From: Vicinamibacterales bacterium
GTDB lineage: Bacteria; Acidobacteriota; Vicinamibacteria; Vicinamibacterales; UBA2999
DNA length: 57,895 nucleotides
Assembly: GCA_050747925.1 (NCBI GenBank)
Contig: JBOGIV010000566.1
Location: 1-57,895 of the forward strand
Direction of reading: 5' to 3'
This document shows, piece by piece, positions 44,265 through 55,747 of this stretch. The position numbers and the translations under genes were made by a program. The stretch's first letter is position 1. Each line of letters opens with the position of its first letter. Below the pieces are notes generated by a model, which did not search any database, was not told where the DNA came from, and was given only the letters and a program-made list of their open reading frames with translations.

Positions 44265-45476
44265 ATGGTGTTTCCCGTGAACGCCGTCACGCGATCGGTC
44301 GCTCGGCATATCCTTCTCCTGTCAGAGTGGTTTCCACCGGCCGTTGGTGGGAGCGGAGAACTTCTCGCGAATGTCTACTCCAGATTGTCGACCAGTGCGG
44401 TCGACGTCATTACGGCGAAGATGACGGGGGGCCTTGGCGATGACAGTCAGAACGCGCGACTTCGTACCACCCGTTCAGAATTCCCGGCGAGGCCAGGGCT
44501 GCTCTCCATCAGCGGCATCGGAACGCACCTGCGCTTGATTAGGGCCGCGCGTAAGGTCGCGAGGCACGATACGGTCCTGCATTGCGGACGCGCTCTTCCG
44601 GAAGGTTCGGTCGCATGGCTCTGGCGTCATCATTCCGGGCCGAACTATTTGTGTTGGACCCACGGCGAAGAGCTTACCTACGCCGCCCAGTCGCGTGAGC
44701 TCTCTTGGTTGCAGCGGCGAGTACACGGACGGGCTGCGGCTCTGATCGCGAACAGCCACAACACTGCCGGGCTCTTGAGGACACTCGGCAACCCGACCGA
44801 TAAGGTTCACGTGGTTCACCCAGGGGTCGACGGGAACAAGTTTCGTCCGGGCATCGGCCGCGACGCTATTCGGTCGTTATTGCTGCGTGAAGGGGAGCTC
44901 CTCCTGTTGTCTGTCGGCAGATTGCAAACACGCAAGGGACACGATTTGGTCATTCGGGCCCTCCCACACATTCTCGGTAGCAGCCCATCGCTTCGCTATG
45001 TGATTGTGGGTGAGGGGCCAGAGGCGTCTCGGCTCAAAGCATTGGTTGCCGAACTCGGCCTGACGAACCGCGTTTCGTTTGCCGGTCCGGTACCGGCCGA
45101 CAAGTTGCCAGCGTACTATGCGGCAGCCGACATTTTCGTTCACCCGAATCGAATGGACGGGTCAGAATTCGAAGGCTTCGGCCTGGTCTTCCTCGAGGCG
45201 GCAGCCGCGGGCCTTGCCGCCATTGGTGGCCGCAGCGGCGGCGTACCGGAAGCTGTGGAACACGGCCGAACAGGTCTTCTTGTCGGCGGTGATGATGTGG
45301 GCGAGTTGGCAGCGACGATTCAGCTTCTGGCTCAGTCTCGTGCGCTACGGGAGCAACTTGGCAGTGCCGCCCGAGCGAGAGTGCTCATGGACTTCACGTG
45401 GGACAGCGCCGCTCACAAAGTCGAGCAGATCGATGCGGAACTGCGACAGCACGCATCGACAGCGTGCGTGACATGA
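44265..45476 (+). CDS. glycosyltransferase family 4
   Basis: HILLLSEWFPPAVGGSGE, LLLSVGRLQTRKGHD and FEGFGLVFLEAAAAGLAAIGGRSGGVPEAV (EX7E). Confidence 0.85.
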   Translation: MVFPVNAVTRSVARHILLLSEWFPPAVGGSGELLANVYSRLSTSAVDVITAKMTGGLGDDSQNARLRTTRSEFPARPGLLSISGIGTHLRLIRAARKVARHDTVLHCGRALPEGSVAWLWRHHSGPNYLCWTHGEELTYAAQSRELSWLQRRVHGRAAALIANSHNTAGLLRTLGNPTDKVHVVHPGVDGNKFRPGIGRDAIRSLLLREGELLLLSVGRLQTRKGHDLVIRALPHILGSSPSLRYVIVGEGPEASRLKALVAELGLTNRVSFAGPVPADKLPAYYAAADIFVHPNRMDGSEFEGFGLVFLEAAAAGLAAIGGRSGGVPEAVEHGRTGLLVGGDDVGELAATIQLLAQSRALREQLGSAARARVLMDFTWDSAAHKVEQIDAELRQHASTACVT

Positions 45477-45632
45477 CGCCACGCCGAGTCGTGTTCCTCG
45501 CGGGAGCCTCATCGGCGAGCCGCCTATTCCCGCAAGAAGGCGTACACGTTTGGTGCGGACCGGAATGCCATTGACCGCATCGATGCCGCAGTCGAAACAC
45601 TCACGAAGCCGGGGCCGCACGCTCGCGAGGCC

Positions 45633-46211
45633 ATGCATATGAGTCGAGACGACCAGATCCGCGCGCAGTTTGAAGAAGCGATTGAGGTCAAGCGGCGATC
45701 GCTGTCTCTGATCGAGGCGGTGGGAAACACTGCCGACCTGCTGATCACGGCTGTTCGCGCCGGCCACAAGGTTCTCGTGTGCGGCAACGGCGGGTCTGCT
45801 GCGGACGCCCAACACTTCGCGGCAGAGCTGGTCGGTCGGTTCGAGCGCGAGCGAGCGGCGCTACCGGCCGTGGCGCTGACGACCGACTCGTCGATTCTGA
45901 CGGCGTGGTCCAACGACTATGGTTACCGAACCGTGTTCGCGCGCCAGGTCATGGCGCTCGGCGTGCCTGGTGACGTGTTGGTCGGCATCTCGACGTCGGG
46001 CAATTCGCCGAGCGTGATTTGTGCGATGGAGGAGGCTCATCGTCGCGGTCTTCGCCTGGTCGCGCTCACGGGTCGAGGGGGCGGAGCCCTCGCGGCCATG
46101 CCGGGGGTCTGCTCGGTGATCGTCCCAGCTGACCAGGTCTCACGGATTCAAGAAGTGCACATCACCATCATCCACATTTGGGTGCGGCTCTTGGAAGACG
46201 CGATGCAATGA
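45633..46211 (+). CDS. gmhA: D-sedoheptulose-7-phosphate isomerase
   Basis: SIS domain: KVLVCGNGGSAADAQHFAAELVGRF, ALTTDSSILTAWSNDYGY and GISTSGNSPSV. The 192-aa length is typical. Confidence 0.9.
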   Translation: MHMSRDDQIRAQFEEAIEVKRRSLSLIEAVGNTADLLITAVRAGHKVLVCGNGGSAADAQHFAAELVGRFERERAALPAVALTTDSSILTAWSNDYGYRTVFARQVMALGVPGDVLVGISTSGNSPSVICAMEEAHRRGLRLVALTGRGGGALAAMPGVCSVIVPADQVSRIQEVHITIIHIWVRLLEDAMQ

Positions 46212-46241
46212 TGGCAGTCAATCGGCCGAGGCGGCCCTGGC

Positions 46242-47690
46242 CTAGGGCCGAGAGCTGGAGTGAATTTTGTCTACCAGCTGCGTCGTCGACAGACCGGGTA
46301 ACCGTTCGACAAGATGGAGGCGCCCGCCATGGGCGCGGACGGTGGCTGCTTCGACGCACTCGGCGCCGTACTCGGCGCCATTCACATGAACGTCCGGCTC
46401 GATTTCGGCCAGGAATGCCACCGGCACGAGCTCGTCAAAGATGTGAACGAAATCGACATCCTTCAGCGCCAGCAAGAGCCTGGCGCGATCCGCTTCGGCA
46501 ACGTAGGGACGGTCCGGACCTTTGTTCGCGCGGACCGAACGGTCGCTGTTAAGGCCAACAATCAGCACGTCTCCCTGGCGCCGCGCTTCTCGCAGGATAT
46601 GAAGGTGACCCGCGTGCAGCATATCGAACGAACCATTGATCGTGACGATTCGCTTTCCGTAGGCGCGCAGTCTCGAGGTCAGTCCAGCCAGTTCACTCCG
46701 AGAGACCGGACTGCGTTCGGTCGTCTCGCCTGACAGAAGTTCTTCACGAGTGACCGTCGCTGTTCCCAGTTTGCCGACGACCAGGCCGGCAGCGCGATTC
46801 GCCAGACTGACCGCGTCGCGGTAGTCGCAGCCGCCGGCCAGCGCCAACGTAAACGTCGCCACGACGGTGTCACCTGCACCGCTGACGTCGAATACTTCGC
46901 GGGCAACCGAGGGCTCGCTAAAAAGCTGCTCACCATTCCGATCGAAAAACGTCATGCCTTTGTCGCCCAGCGTCATGAGCACATTCGAGCCAAATTTCCG
47001 AGCGAGCAGACCGCCTGTCTCGGTGATCGCCGATGGTGTCGGCGGTGCTTCCTGTAAGCCCAGCAGACCGCGGGATTCTTTCCAGCTTGGCGTCATAACA
47101 TCACAACCAATGTAGAAAGCTGCGTGTTGAGGTCTGGGGTCGACGATGACTGGGCGCCTGGCAGCGTGGGCCGCCGCGAAGATGCCCTGGCAGAGCAGCT
47201 CGGTCACGCACCCTTTGGCGTAATCAGAGATGACGACCGACGCGCAGGCGGACATGTAGCCCTTTACGACGTCGAGGACACGATGTTCCTGCAAAGTCGT
47301 GAGCACTCGGGGTGTCTCGTAGTCGAGTCGAAGTAGCTGCTGCTGCCGGCCAAGGACGCGGACCTTCCGCACGGTCGATCGATTGTCGACGAGTGGAACA
47401 AACTCGATCCGAGCCTGTGTCGCCTGACTCATCAGTTGACGACCGGCGTCATCATCACCGGACAGGCCGACCAGAACCGCCTTACCACCCAACGCCGTGA
47501 TGTTATGGGCCGTGTTTGCCGCACCGCCGAGCGTCGTCTTATGTGAGCTGACCGCCACCACCGGCACGGGAGCCTCTGGCGATAGGCGCGAGCAATCGCC
47601 CGTGAGATACTCGTCGAGCATCACGTCGCCGATGACCAGCACGCGATGGTTGCCGAATGTCTCAACGATCTTCCGGAACCCGTCCGTCAT
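46242..47690 (-). CDS. hldE: bifunctional D-glycero-beta-D-manno-heptose-7-phosphate kinase / heptose-1-phosphate adenylyltransferase
   Basis: N-terminal ribokinase-like domain (RVLVIGDVMLDEY, DVSGAGDTVVA). C-terminal cytidylyltransferase domain (IVTINGSFDMLHAGHLHIL). The start is taken as ATG 47690. The ORF could extend to 47768. Confidence 0.9.
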   Translation of the reverse strand: MTDGFRKIVETFGNHRVLVIGDVMLDEYLTGDCSRLSPEAPVPVVAVSSHKTTLGGAANTAHNITALGGKAVLVGLSGDDDAGRQLMSQATQARIEFVPLVDNRSTVRKVRVLGRQQQLLRLDYETPRVLTTLQEHRVLDVVKGYMSACASVVISDYAKGCVTELLCQGIFAAAHAARRPVIVDPRPQHAAFYIGCDVMTPSWKESRGLLGLQEAPPTPSAITETGGLLARKFGSNVLMTLGDKGMTFFDRNGEQLFSEPSVAREVFDVSGAGDTVVATFTLALAGGCDYRDAVSLANRAAGLVVGKLGTATVTREELLSGETTERSPVSRSELAGLTSRLRAYGKRIVTINGSFDMLHAGHLHILREARRQGDVLIVGLNSDRSVRANKGPDRPYVAEADRARLLLALKDVDFVHIFDELVPVAFLAEIEPDVHVNGAEYGAECVEAATVRAHGGRLHLVERLPGLSTTQLVDKIHSSSRP

Positions 47691-47857
47691 GACCCTTCCG
47701 CTGACGCCATCGATTATAGAGCGGCGAGATGGTTGACCGAAACCAGTCCCCGACAGCCCCTTTTCCACAACCCGTCCAGTTGCTCAGCACTGCAGGAATT
47801 CGCGCGCGGTGCTGAGCCGGCTACCAGCGGCGATCTGTCGCTCCGACGAGGCTCAGT

Positions 47858-48604
47858 GTGATTAGCGGCCGTGGTGATCTGAAAAAGGCGTACCAGGACG
47901 ACGAGGTTGCCCGTGAGTATGTTGGCCGGCGATTCACGACACCGTTGGGGAGGCTGCTTCACTCGCGTCAGATTCGTGTCGTCCAGCAATTGATTCGACA
48001 ACACGCCATCCGCCGAACCGGGGAAATTGCTCCGGGGCCGGCACGGCTGACCGTGGACATCGCGCCGTTGCTTCACAACGTGACGCTGATCGACGCGAGC
48101 GCACGAATGCTCCTAGAGGCTCGGCGTCGCCTCGGCGAGCGCGGCGTAGAGGGGCGGGTGGCTCTAGTGCAGGCGGATGCGTTCGCCCTGCCTCTCGATT
48201 GCCAATTCGATCTCATCTATACGTTTCGGCTCATCAGACACTTCGAGCGAGCGGATCGGCAACGGCTCTACCGCCAAGTGGCTAGCGTCCTGAGGAGAGG
48301 CGGGTGGCTGGTGTTTGACGCCGTCAACGAAACCGTGTCCGGCCCCCTGCGCGCACAGGCCAACCCCGGTGAGTATGCCCATTTCGATGCATTGCTTCGC
48401 CCCGAGCCTCTGGCCGCAGAGCTTCGAGAGTGCGATTTCGACCTCGTGTCACTCGTCGGTGTGCAGCGCAACTATCCGGCATTGATGCGCTGTCAGGTGC
48501 TGTTGGCGCCGCGCTCAACCGTCCTCGCCCGAGCAGCGATGGAGATCATCGATCGCATCGGTGGGGAGCCGCTCGAGTGGGTTGTGGTATGCCAACGAGT
48601 GTGA
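47858..48604 (+). CDS. class I SAM-dependent methyltransferase
   Basis: Motif-I-like GEIAPGPARLTVDIA, FDLIYTFRLIRHF and LRRGGWLVFDAVN. GTG start. Confidence 0.7.
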   Translation: MISGRGDLKKAYQDDEVAREYVGRRFTTPLGRLLHSRQIRVVQQLIRQHAIRRTGEIAPGPARLTVDIAPLLHNVTLIDASARMLLEARRRLGERGVEGRVALVQADAFALPLDCQFDLIYTFRLIRHFERADRQRLYRQVASVLRRGGWLVFDAVNETVSGPLRAQANPGEYAHFDALLRPEPLAAELRECDFDLVSLVGVQRNYPALMRCQVLLAPRSTVLARAAMEIIDRIGGEPLEWVVVCQRV

Positions 48605-49623
48605 CCTATTGGACGCATACCTGGGATCCCAGCAAGGAAGCGATCTCGAAGGAGATCGTGGCACTTCGACAAGGGGGGCGCGAAAAGGCTCCGGTTGTAG
48701 CCTTCTCTCCGGGTCACCGAACACGCTTCGATCATCGAGGTCGCGTCCTCCTGTTGTCGAGTCGTCGCTGGCTGGCCTTGCGCGCCGTGGGCGCGATTGT
48801 GGAGCCGCTCGGGCAAGTCACGCACATTTTTGGCGGTCCCGAGTCGTGGCATCTCTTCCGATCGCTGGGCCGTCGGCCGATTCTGCTCACCGTTGTCGCG
48901 TCTCGCCTCGGCGCGGTTCAGCTTCCGATGACCAACCTCGTTCGCGTGGCCGTAGAAGTTGAGAGCTCGATCGACGATTGGATCGGAGCTGGGATTCCGC
49001 GAGCCCGCATTGAGATCGTCCGCCCGGGAGTGGATCTGGAGTGGTTCGCCGCGACGTCGGCACCGGCAGCCTCGGCCCGGTTCACCCTGCTGTTCGCCAG
49101 CACGCCATCCGATCCTGCCGAACTCGATGCCCGGGGCATTCCCGTGCTGGTGGAGCTGGCGCGGGCCTTACCCGATGTGGACATCGTCGTGCCTTGGCGC
49201 GCATGGGGCGACGTTGATGCGGCCCGAAAGGCCCTCGAGGACCTGCGACCGCCGGCGAACTTCGTTCTGACCTTTGGCGATGTCAAGGACATGCGCATTC
49301 AGTACGCGCGCGCTCACGCGACGATCGCATGTTTCGAAGTGGGGGCGGCAAAGAGTTGTCCAAACTTTGTCGTGGAGGGACTGGCGTGCGCGCGGCCATG
49401 CATCGCGACACCGGGTGTCGGGATCGCGGCGTTACTGGAGCGAACCGGTGCGGGCCTGATCGCCTCTCGCGACGTCGCATCGCTGGCCGATGCGGTAAAC
49501 CGCCTGCGGGTAGCATGGATGGTGTACGCCGAGCGAGCTCGCCGGCTTGCGGAGGAAGAATTCGACGTGCGCCATTTTGTGGCGCGCTACGAGCGGCTTT
49601 ACGACGAGGTGGCGGCGCGCTAG
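48589..49623 (+). CDS. glycosyltransferase (GT-B, family 4-like)
   Basis: The C-terminal half carries FTLLFASTP, CPNFVVEGLACARPCIATPGVG (EX7E-like) and RLAEEEF. The start is trimmed to ATG 48589 (alternative GTG 48601, overlapping the upstream TGA). Confidence 0.7.
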   Translation: MPTSVTYWTHTWDPSKEAISKEIVALRQGGREKAPVVAFSPGHRTRFDHRGRVLLLSSRRWLALRAVGAIVEPLGQVTHIFGGPESWHLFRSLGRRPILLTVVASRLGAVQLPMTNLVRVAVEVESSIDDWIGAGIPRARIEIVRPGVDLEWFAATSAPAASARFTLLFASTPSDPAELDARGIPVLVELARALPDVDIVVPWRAWGDVDAARKALEDLRPPANFVLTFGDVKDMRIQYARAHATIACFEVGAAKSCPNFVVEGLACARPCIATPGVGIAALLERTGAGLIASRDVASLADAVNRLRVAWMVYAERARRLAEEEFDVRHFVARYERLYDEVAAR

Positions 49624-49627
49624 GCGG

Positions 49628-50725
49628 ATGATGCGTGTTCTCTATCCACTGAACTCCCATCAGATTGGTGGCGGCAACCGCAGCATGCTGACACTGTGGG
49701 CTGGTCTTCGTTCCCTGGATGTCGAACCGAGGGCGGTGGCTCCAGATGTCGGTCCCATGGTTGACGCGTGTGCGGAAGCCGGTGTGCGCTGCTCGACGTC
49801 CTCGTACTACATGAAGCCGACGTGGCGCGAACCCTGGCGATCGCTCACCGCCTACCGCTACTGGACGAAGCTGGTGGCGACGACGTCACCCGTGCTGGTG
49901 CACACGAATGGCTTCTGGCCCTCACAGGCTATTGCCCTGGCCGCCAGCCGCGCAGGCTTGCCTCACGTGTGCCACGTACGTTTTGCTGCGAGCCGCGCGT
50001 ACTTGGACTGGGTGTTCCGCGGTCTGCCGAAGCCAGATCTCTTCATCCTCAACAGCCAGGCGTTGGCGAACGAACTGCAACCAGCTCTCGAAGAGATTTG
50101 TCGATCCTCGAGATTCGAAGTCGTCTACAACGCAGTCGATCTCAACCTCTTTCGACCCGCCCCTCGAACTCCGGGGCCGCTGCGCATCGGCATCGTCGCC
50201 AATCTCATTCCGGTCAAAGGCCATGAGGACTTTCTTCGCATGGCCCAGACGCTGCAGCGACGGCATGTTGATGCCCAGTTCTGGGTCATTGGTGGCGACA
50301 TCTATGATACGGGCTACGACGCGGCGCTTCGGAATCTTGCGGCCCAGCTTGGAGTCGACGGTGCCGTCACGTTCTTTGGCCATCGGTCCGACGTCCCGAC
50401 GTTGGTGAGTCAACTGGATGTGCTTGTATGCGCCTCCCACGAAGAGCCATTCGGACGGTGCTTGATTGAGGCAATGGCGTGTGGCAAGCCTGTCGTCGCC
50501 ACACGAGTGGGCGGGATTCCGGAGGTCGTCGACGACGGCGTCACCGGGGTACTCGTCCCGCCTCGATCGCCCGGCGACCTGGCGGATGCGGTTGAACATC
50601 TGTTGCAATCGCCGCTAGCAATGACCCGACTTGGAGAAGCCGCTCGGGCCAGAGCGAGCGAACTCTTTAGCTCCGAGGCGCACGCCCTCCGCGTGAAGTC
50701 GATCTACGACCGAGTCGTCCGGTGA
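49628..50725 (+). CDS. glycosyltransferase family 4
   Basis: MMRVLYPLNSHQIGGGNRS, LRIGIVANLIPVKGHEDF and SHEEPFGRCLIEAMACGKPVVATRVGGIPEVV. Confidence 0.85.
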   Translation: MMRVLYPLNSHQIGGGNRSMLTLWAGLRSLDVEPRAVAPDVGPMVDACAEAGVRCSTSSYYMKPTWREPWRSLTAYRYWTKLVATTSPVLVHTNGFWPSQAIALAASRAGLPHVCHVRFAASRAYLDWVFRGLPKPDLFILNSQALANELQPALEEICRSSRFEVVYNAVDLNLFRPAPRTPGPLRIGIVANLIPVKGHEDFLRMAQTLQRRHVDAQFWVIGGDIYDTGYDAALRNLAAQLGVDGAVTFFGHRSDVPTLVSQLDVLVCASHEEPFGRCLIEAMACGKPVVATRVGGIPEVVDDGVTGVLVPPRSPGDLADAVEHLLQSPLAMTRLGEAARARASELFSSEAHALRVKSIYDRVVR

Positions 50726-51600
50726 GGCTTCTCTTTATTCGCCTTCTTTGTGCGTACGTCAGAACGTCCCCCTGGGATGCCGTCCGTTGGCGATTCGTGA
50801 GCTACGCGTTGCGTCAGGTACGGAAGCACGGACCGGCGATTGGCAAGGCCAGAGTCAGAACGCGGTTTGGCTTCACGATGGAGCTGCACCTCGATGACTG
50901 GGTCGACCAGCACATCTATGTGACTGGCAACTACGAGGACATGACGGCAATGGCCATTGCCGCGCTGCTTCGACCCGGAGACGTCTCCATCGATGTCGGG
51001 GCCAACGTCGGGTTCTTCACGCTCCTCATGGCCACGCGCGTCGGCGGCGATGGCGCCGTCTGGGCGTTCGAGCCGTCGCCGCAAGTACGCAGCCGACTGA
51101 TCGTCAATCTCAATCTGAATACGGCGAGACAGGTGACGGTCCGCGAGGAGGCTGCGTCCAACGTCAACGGCACCCGGGTGTTTTTCGGCGGCAGCCAGGA
51201 TCACTCTGGTATTGCGAGCCTGCGTCCGGTTCAAAACTCCAGTGGTTCGTACGAAGTCCGGACGTGCAGACTTTCCAGCGCGATTCCGAAAACCATGATG
51301 CCGCACCTCGTCAAGATCGATGTTGAAGGTGCGGAGTACCTGGCTCTCGAAGGAATGAGAGAACTACTCGAGGCGCACCATCCGGACATCATTCTGGAAA
51401 TCACGGACGCGTTCTTGACCGAGATGGCAAGCTCTCCGGCCGAGGTTCACCTGTTCCTCACGTCACTCGGCTACCGCATGTATCGAATCGACTGGGATGG
51501 GCTCACTGCGTGCCCGAGTTTTGAGGCCAGCTGGCCAAAGCAGTTCAACGCGTTGTTTACGGTCCGCGAATCTCTTCCCGATCGGCTGCCGATTCGTTGA
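50722..51600 (+). CDS. FkbM-family methyltransferase
   Basis: VSIDVGANVGFFTLLMA and HLVKIDVEGAEYLALEGM are the two FkbM signature blocks. The GTG start overlaps the upstream TGA. Confidence 0.85.
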   Translation: MRLLFIRLLCAYVRTSPWDAVRWRFVSYALRQVRKHGPAIGKARVRTRFGFTMELHLDDWVDQHIYVTGNYEDMTAMAIAALLRPGDVSIDVGANVGFFTLLMATRVGGDGAVWAFEPSPQVRSRLIVNLNLNTARQVTVREEAASNVNGTRVFFGGSQDHSGIASLRPVQNSSGSYEVRTCRLSSAIPKTMMPHLVKIDVEGAEYLALEGMRELLEAHHPDIILEITDAFLTEMASSPAEVHLFLTSLGYRMYRIDWDGLTACPSFEASWPKQFNALFTVRESLPDRLPIR

Positions 51601-51612
51601 GGTCTGCGTCGG

Positions 51613-52842
51613 TCAACGGTGAGTTGGCGCCGGGGAGTGCAGCACGGTGTCGTGCGCGTAGCAGCGCATGTCGAGATTGGTGTTTCCCTGGCGAGAAAAG
51701 GTTTCGTGCACGGTGAGATGAGCGGCGGGCTCGAGGCGATCGAGCACTTGATCCGTCGCCAAGTCCAAGACATAGGCGCTCATGTAGTAGGTGCCGCGGA
51801 GCAGATTCGCTCGCATGCTGAACTCGACTGTCACCTCGCCGGGCCCTTCGGGCGGCTGCCACTCCAGCCCGAGATCGGCTGACGTTGCGTGGTAGAGCCG
51901 GGTCCCGATCGCGGCATCGGTCACATACATCCCGAAGACCAGACTGCGATTCCTCTCCCCGGAGAACGTGAACCTGACGACGAACAACAGTTCGTCGCCA
52001 GGCGAGACCTTCTCGGAGCCTTCAACGGCGCTCCGAAGTGTGGCGCTGACAATCGAGGCCGCGCTTTGAGTGCCCTTGTGGGATCGATCAACGCTGCCGG
52101 CCGCATAAACGGCAACGGCCTCCGCGGCCGGACCGGCAAATCGGCATTCGCCACGCGAGAGGACCACAGCGCGGTCGAAATGAGTGGCGACCGCCTGCAG
52201 ATTGTGGCTCACAAACACGATTGCGGCGCCATGCGACTTGAACGAGAGCAGCCGATCGATGCACTTCTGCTGGAACTGCAGGTCGCCAACACTCAGAATT
52301 TCGTCGATGATCAGCACATCTGGACTGAGGTGGGCGGCGACTGAAAACCCGAGGCGCGCGTTCATTCCAGACGAATAGCGCTTCACTGGCGTGTCGATGA
52401 ACTCTTCGAGTCCGGCGAACTGCACGATCTCGTCAAAGCGACGAAGAATCTCGGGTCGCTTCATCCCCATGATGGCGCCCTGCAGGAACACGTTCTCCCG
52501 GCCGGTGAGATCGCCGTGGAACCCTGCCGCCACCTCGATGAGGGCGCCGATGCGTCCTTTTACAGCACAGCTACCCAGGGTGGGCTTGAGGATCTTGGTC
52601 AGAAGCTTGAGGACCGTCGATTTGCCTGCGCCATTCGGCCCGATGATGGCCAGGCCTTCGCCAGGCTCTACCGAGAACGAGACGTCTCGGACCGCCCAGA
52701 ACTCGCGGTCCCCGAGCGCCTCGTCGCCGCCCCGCGTGACCAGTCGACGGGCGAACGAAGGGATCAGGTCACGAAGGCTGTCGTGCCGCTCGCCACGCCG
52801 GAACTTCTTGGAAACGTGTTCGAGGATGACGACGGGCGTCAC
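51613..52842 (-). CDS. wzt: polysaccharide ABC-transporter ATP-binding protein with C-terminal Wzt_C-like extension
   Basis: Walker A GPNGAGKST, signature YSSGMNARLGF and Walker B VLIIDEILSVGD. They are followed by a ~170-aa beta-rich extension. GTG 52842 lies 1 nt after the permease stop. The longer ORF start 52959 would overlap the permease. Confidence 0.85.
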   Translation of the reverse strand: MTPVVILEHVSKKFRRGERHDSLRDLIPSFARRLVTRGGDEALGDREFWAVRDVSFSVEPGEGLAIIGPNGAGKSTVLKLLTKILKPTLGSCAVKGRIGALIEVAAGFHGDLTGRENVFLQGAIMGMKRPEILRRFDEIVQFAGLEEFIDTPVKRYSSGMNARLGFSVAAHLSPDVLIIDEILSVGDLQFQQKCIDRLLSFKSHGAAIVFVSHNLQAVATHFDRAVVLSRGECRFAGPAAEAVAVYAAGSVDRSHKGTQSAASIVSATLRSAVEGSEKVSPGDELLFVVRFTFSGERNRSLVFGMYVTDAAIGTRLYHATSADLGLEWQPPEGPGEVTVEFSMRANLLRGTYYMSAYVLDLATDQVLDRLEPAAHLTVHETFSRQGNTNLDMRCYAHDTVLHSPAPTHR

Positions 52843-52843
52843 C

Positions 52844-53641
52844 TCAGATGTTCTCCGCGAACTGGAATTCGGTCCTGTGGAAGAGCAGCCAACTACCCAG
52901 CAGCGCGACCACTGAGAAGGCAGCCGCCGCACCGAACGCCGCCGAGGGCGCCTCTCCAAGCAGGAGGACGGCCCGGTACGCGTCGATAATTGGCGTCATC
53001 GGGTTAAGACGAAGCATAAGGCCCAGGGTGCCCGCGATCTGGTCGACAGGATAGATAACCGACGTGGAGAACATCCAGACGGTGATGACGACCTCGAACA
53101 GATACTTTACGTCGCGGTAGTAGAGGTTGCCCATCGCGAGCAACAGTCCCACGGAGGTCGTGAACATAACTTGAACCACGATCACGGCGGGCAACCATAG
53201 CAGCTCGACGCCCACGGGAATTTGATACCACAGCATCAGGCCCGCGAGGACGACCGAGCCTACGACGAAATCGACAAAGCACACGATGACTGCCGAGAAG
53301 GGAAAGATCTCACGCGGGAAGTACACCTTCGACACGAGGGTGGCGTTGCTGGTCAGCGACGTCACGGAAAACCGCAACGAGGAGGCGAAGAAGCTCCAGG
53401 CCCACAAGCCACAAAAGGCAAAGACCGGATAGGGAACAGGCGTCTGAAGTTGAGTGACGCGAGTGAAGATCACGGAGAACACGGCCGTATTCACCAGCGG
53501 CATGAACACCGCCCAGGCGAAACCCATTACGGCCTGCTTGTACCGAATCAAGAGGTCTCTGGCGGTCATTCGAAGGAGCAGCTCGCGGTAGTCCACTTGC
53601 TCCTGGAGCATTTCTCGGACATCTGCAAAGAGCGCGCGCAT
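52844..53641 (-). CDS. wzm: ABC-2 type polysaccharide transporter permease
   Basis: 265 aa with six hydrophobic spans. N-terminal YRELLLRMTARDLLIRYKQAVMGFAWAVFMPL is typical of Wzm/TagG/KpsM permeases. Confidence 0.85.
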   Translation of the reverse strand: MRALFADVREMLQEQVDYRELLLRMTARDLLIRYKQAVMGFAWAVFMPLVNTAVFSVIFTRVTQLQTPVPYPVFAFCGLWAWSFFASSLRFSVTSLTSNATLVSKVYFPREIFPFSAVIVCFVDFVVGSVVLAGLMLWYQIPVGVELLWLPAVIVVQVMFTTSVGLLLAMGNLYYRDVKYLFEVVITVWMFSTSVIYPVDQIAGTLGLMLRLNPMTPIIDAYRAVLLLGEAPSAAFGAAAAFSVVALLGSWLLFHRTEFQFAENI

Positions 53642-53754
53642 TAGTCTCTAAATAGCGCCGGCCGTGGCTCGGACATAGAGCGTATGGTAATCGTCATTGC
53701 GCGGAGGAAAGCCGGAAATCCCTCGCGGAGGTCTCTTTCGCGTCCTTCACCGTC

Positions 53755-55728
<1,974 letters not shown>

Positions 55729-55747
55729 AACGATCAGTCCCGCGTGG

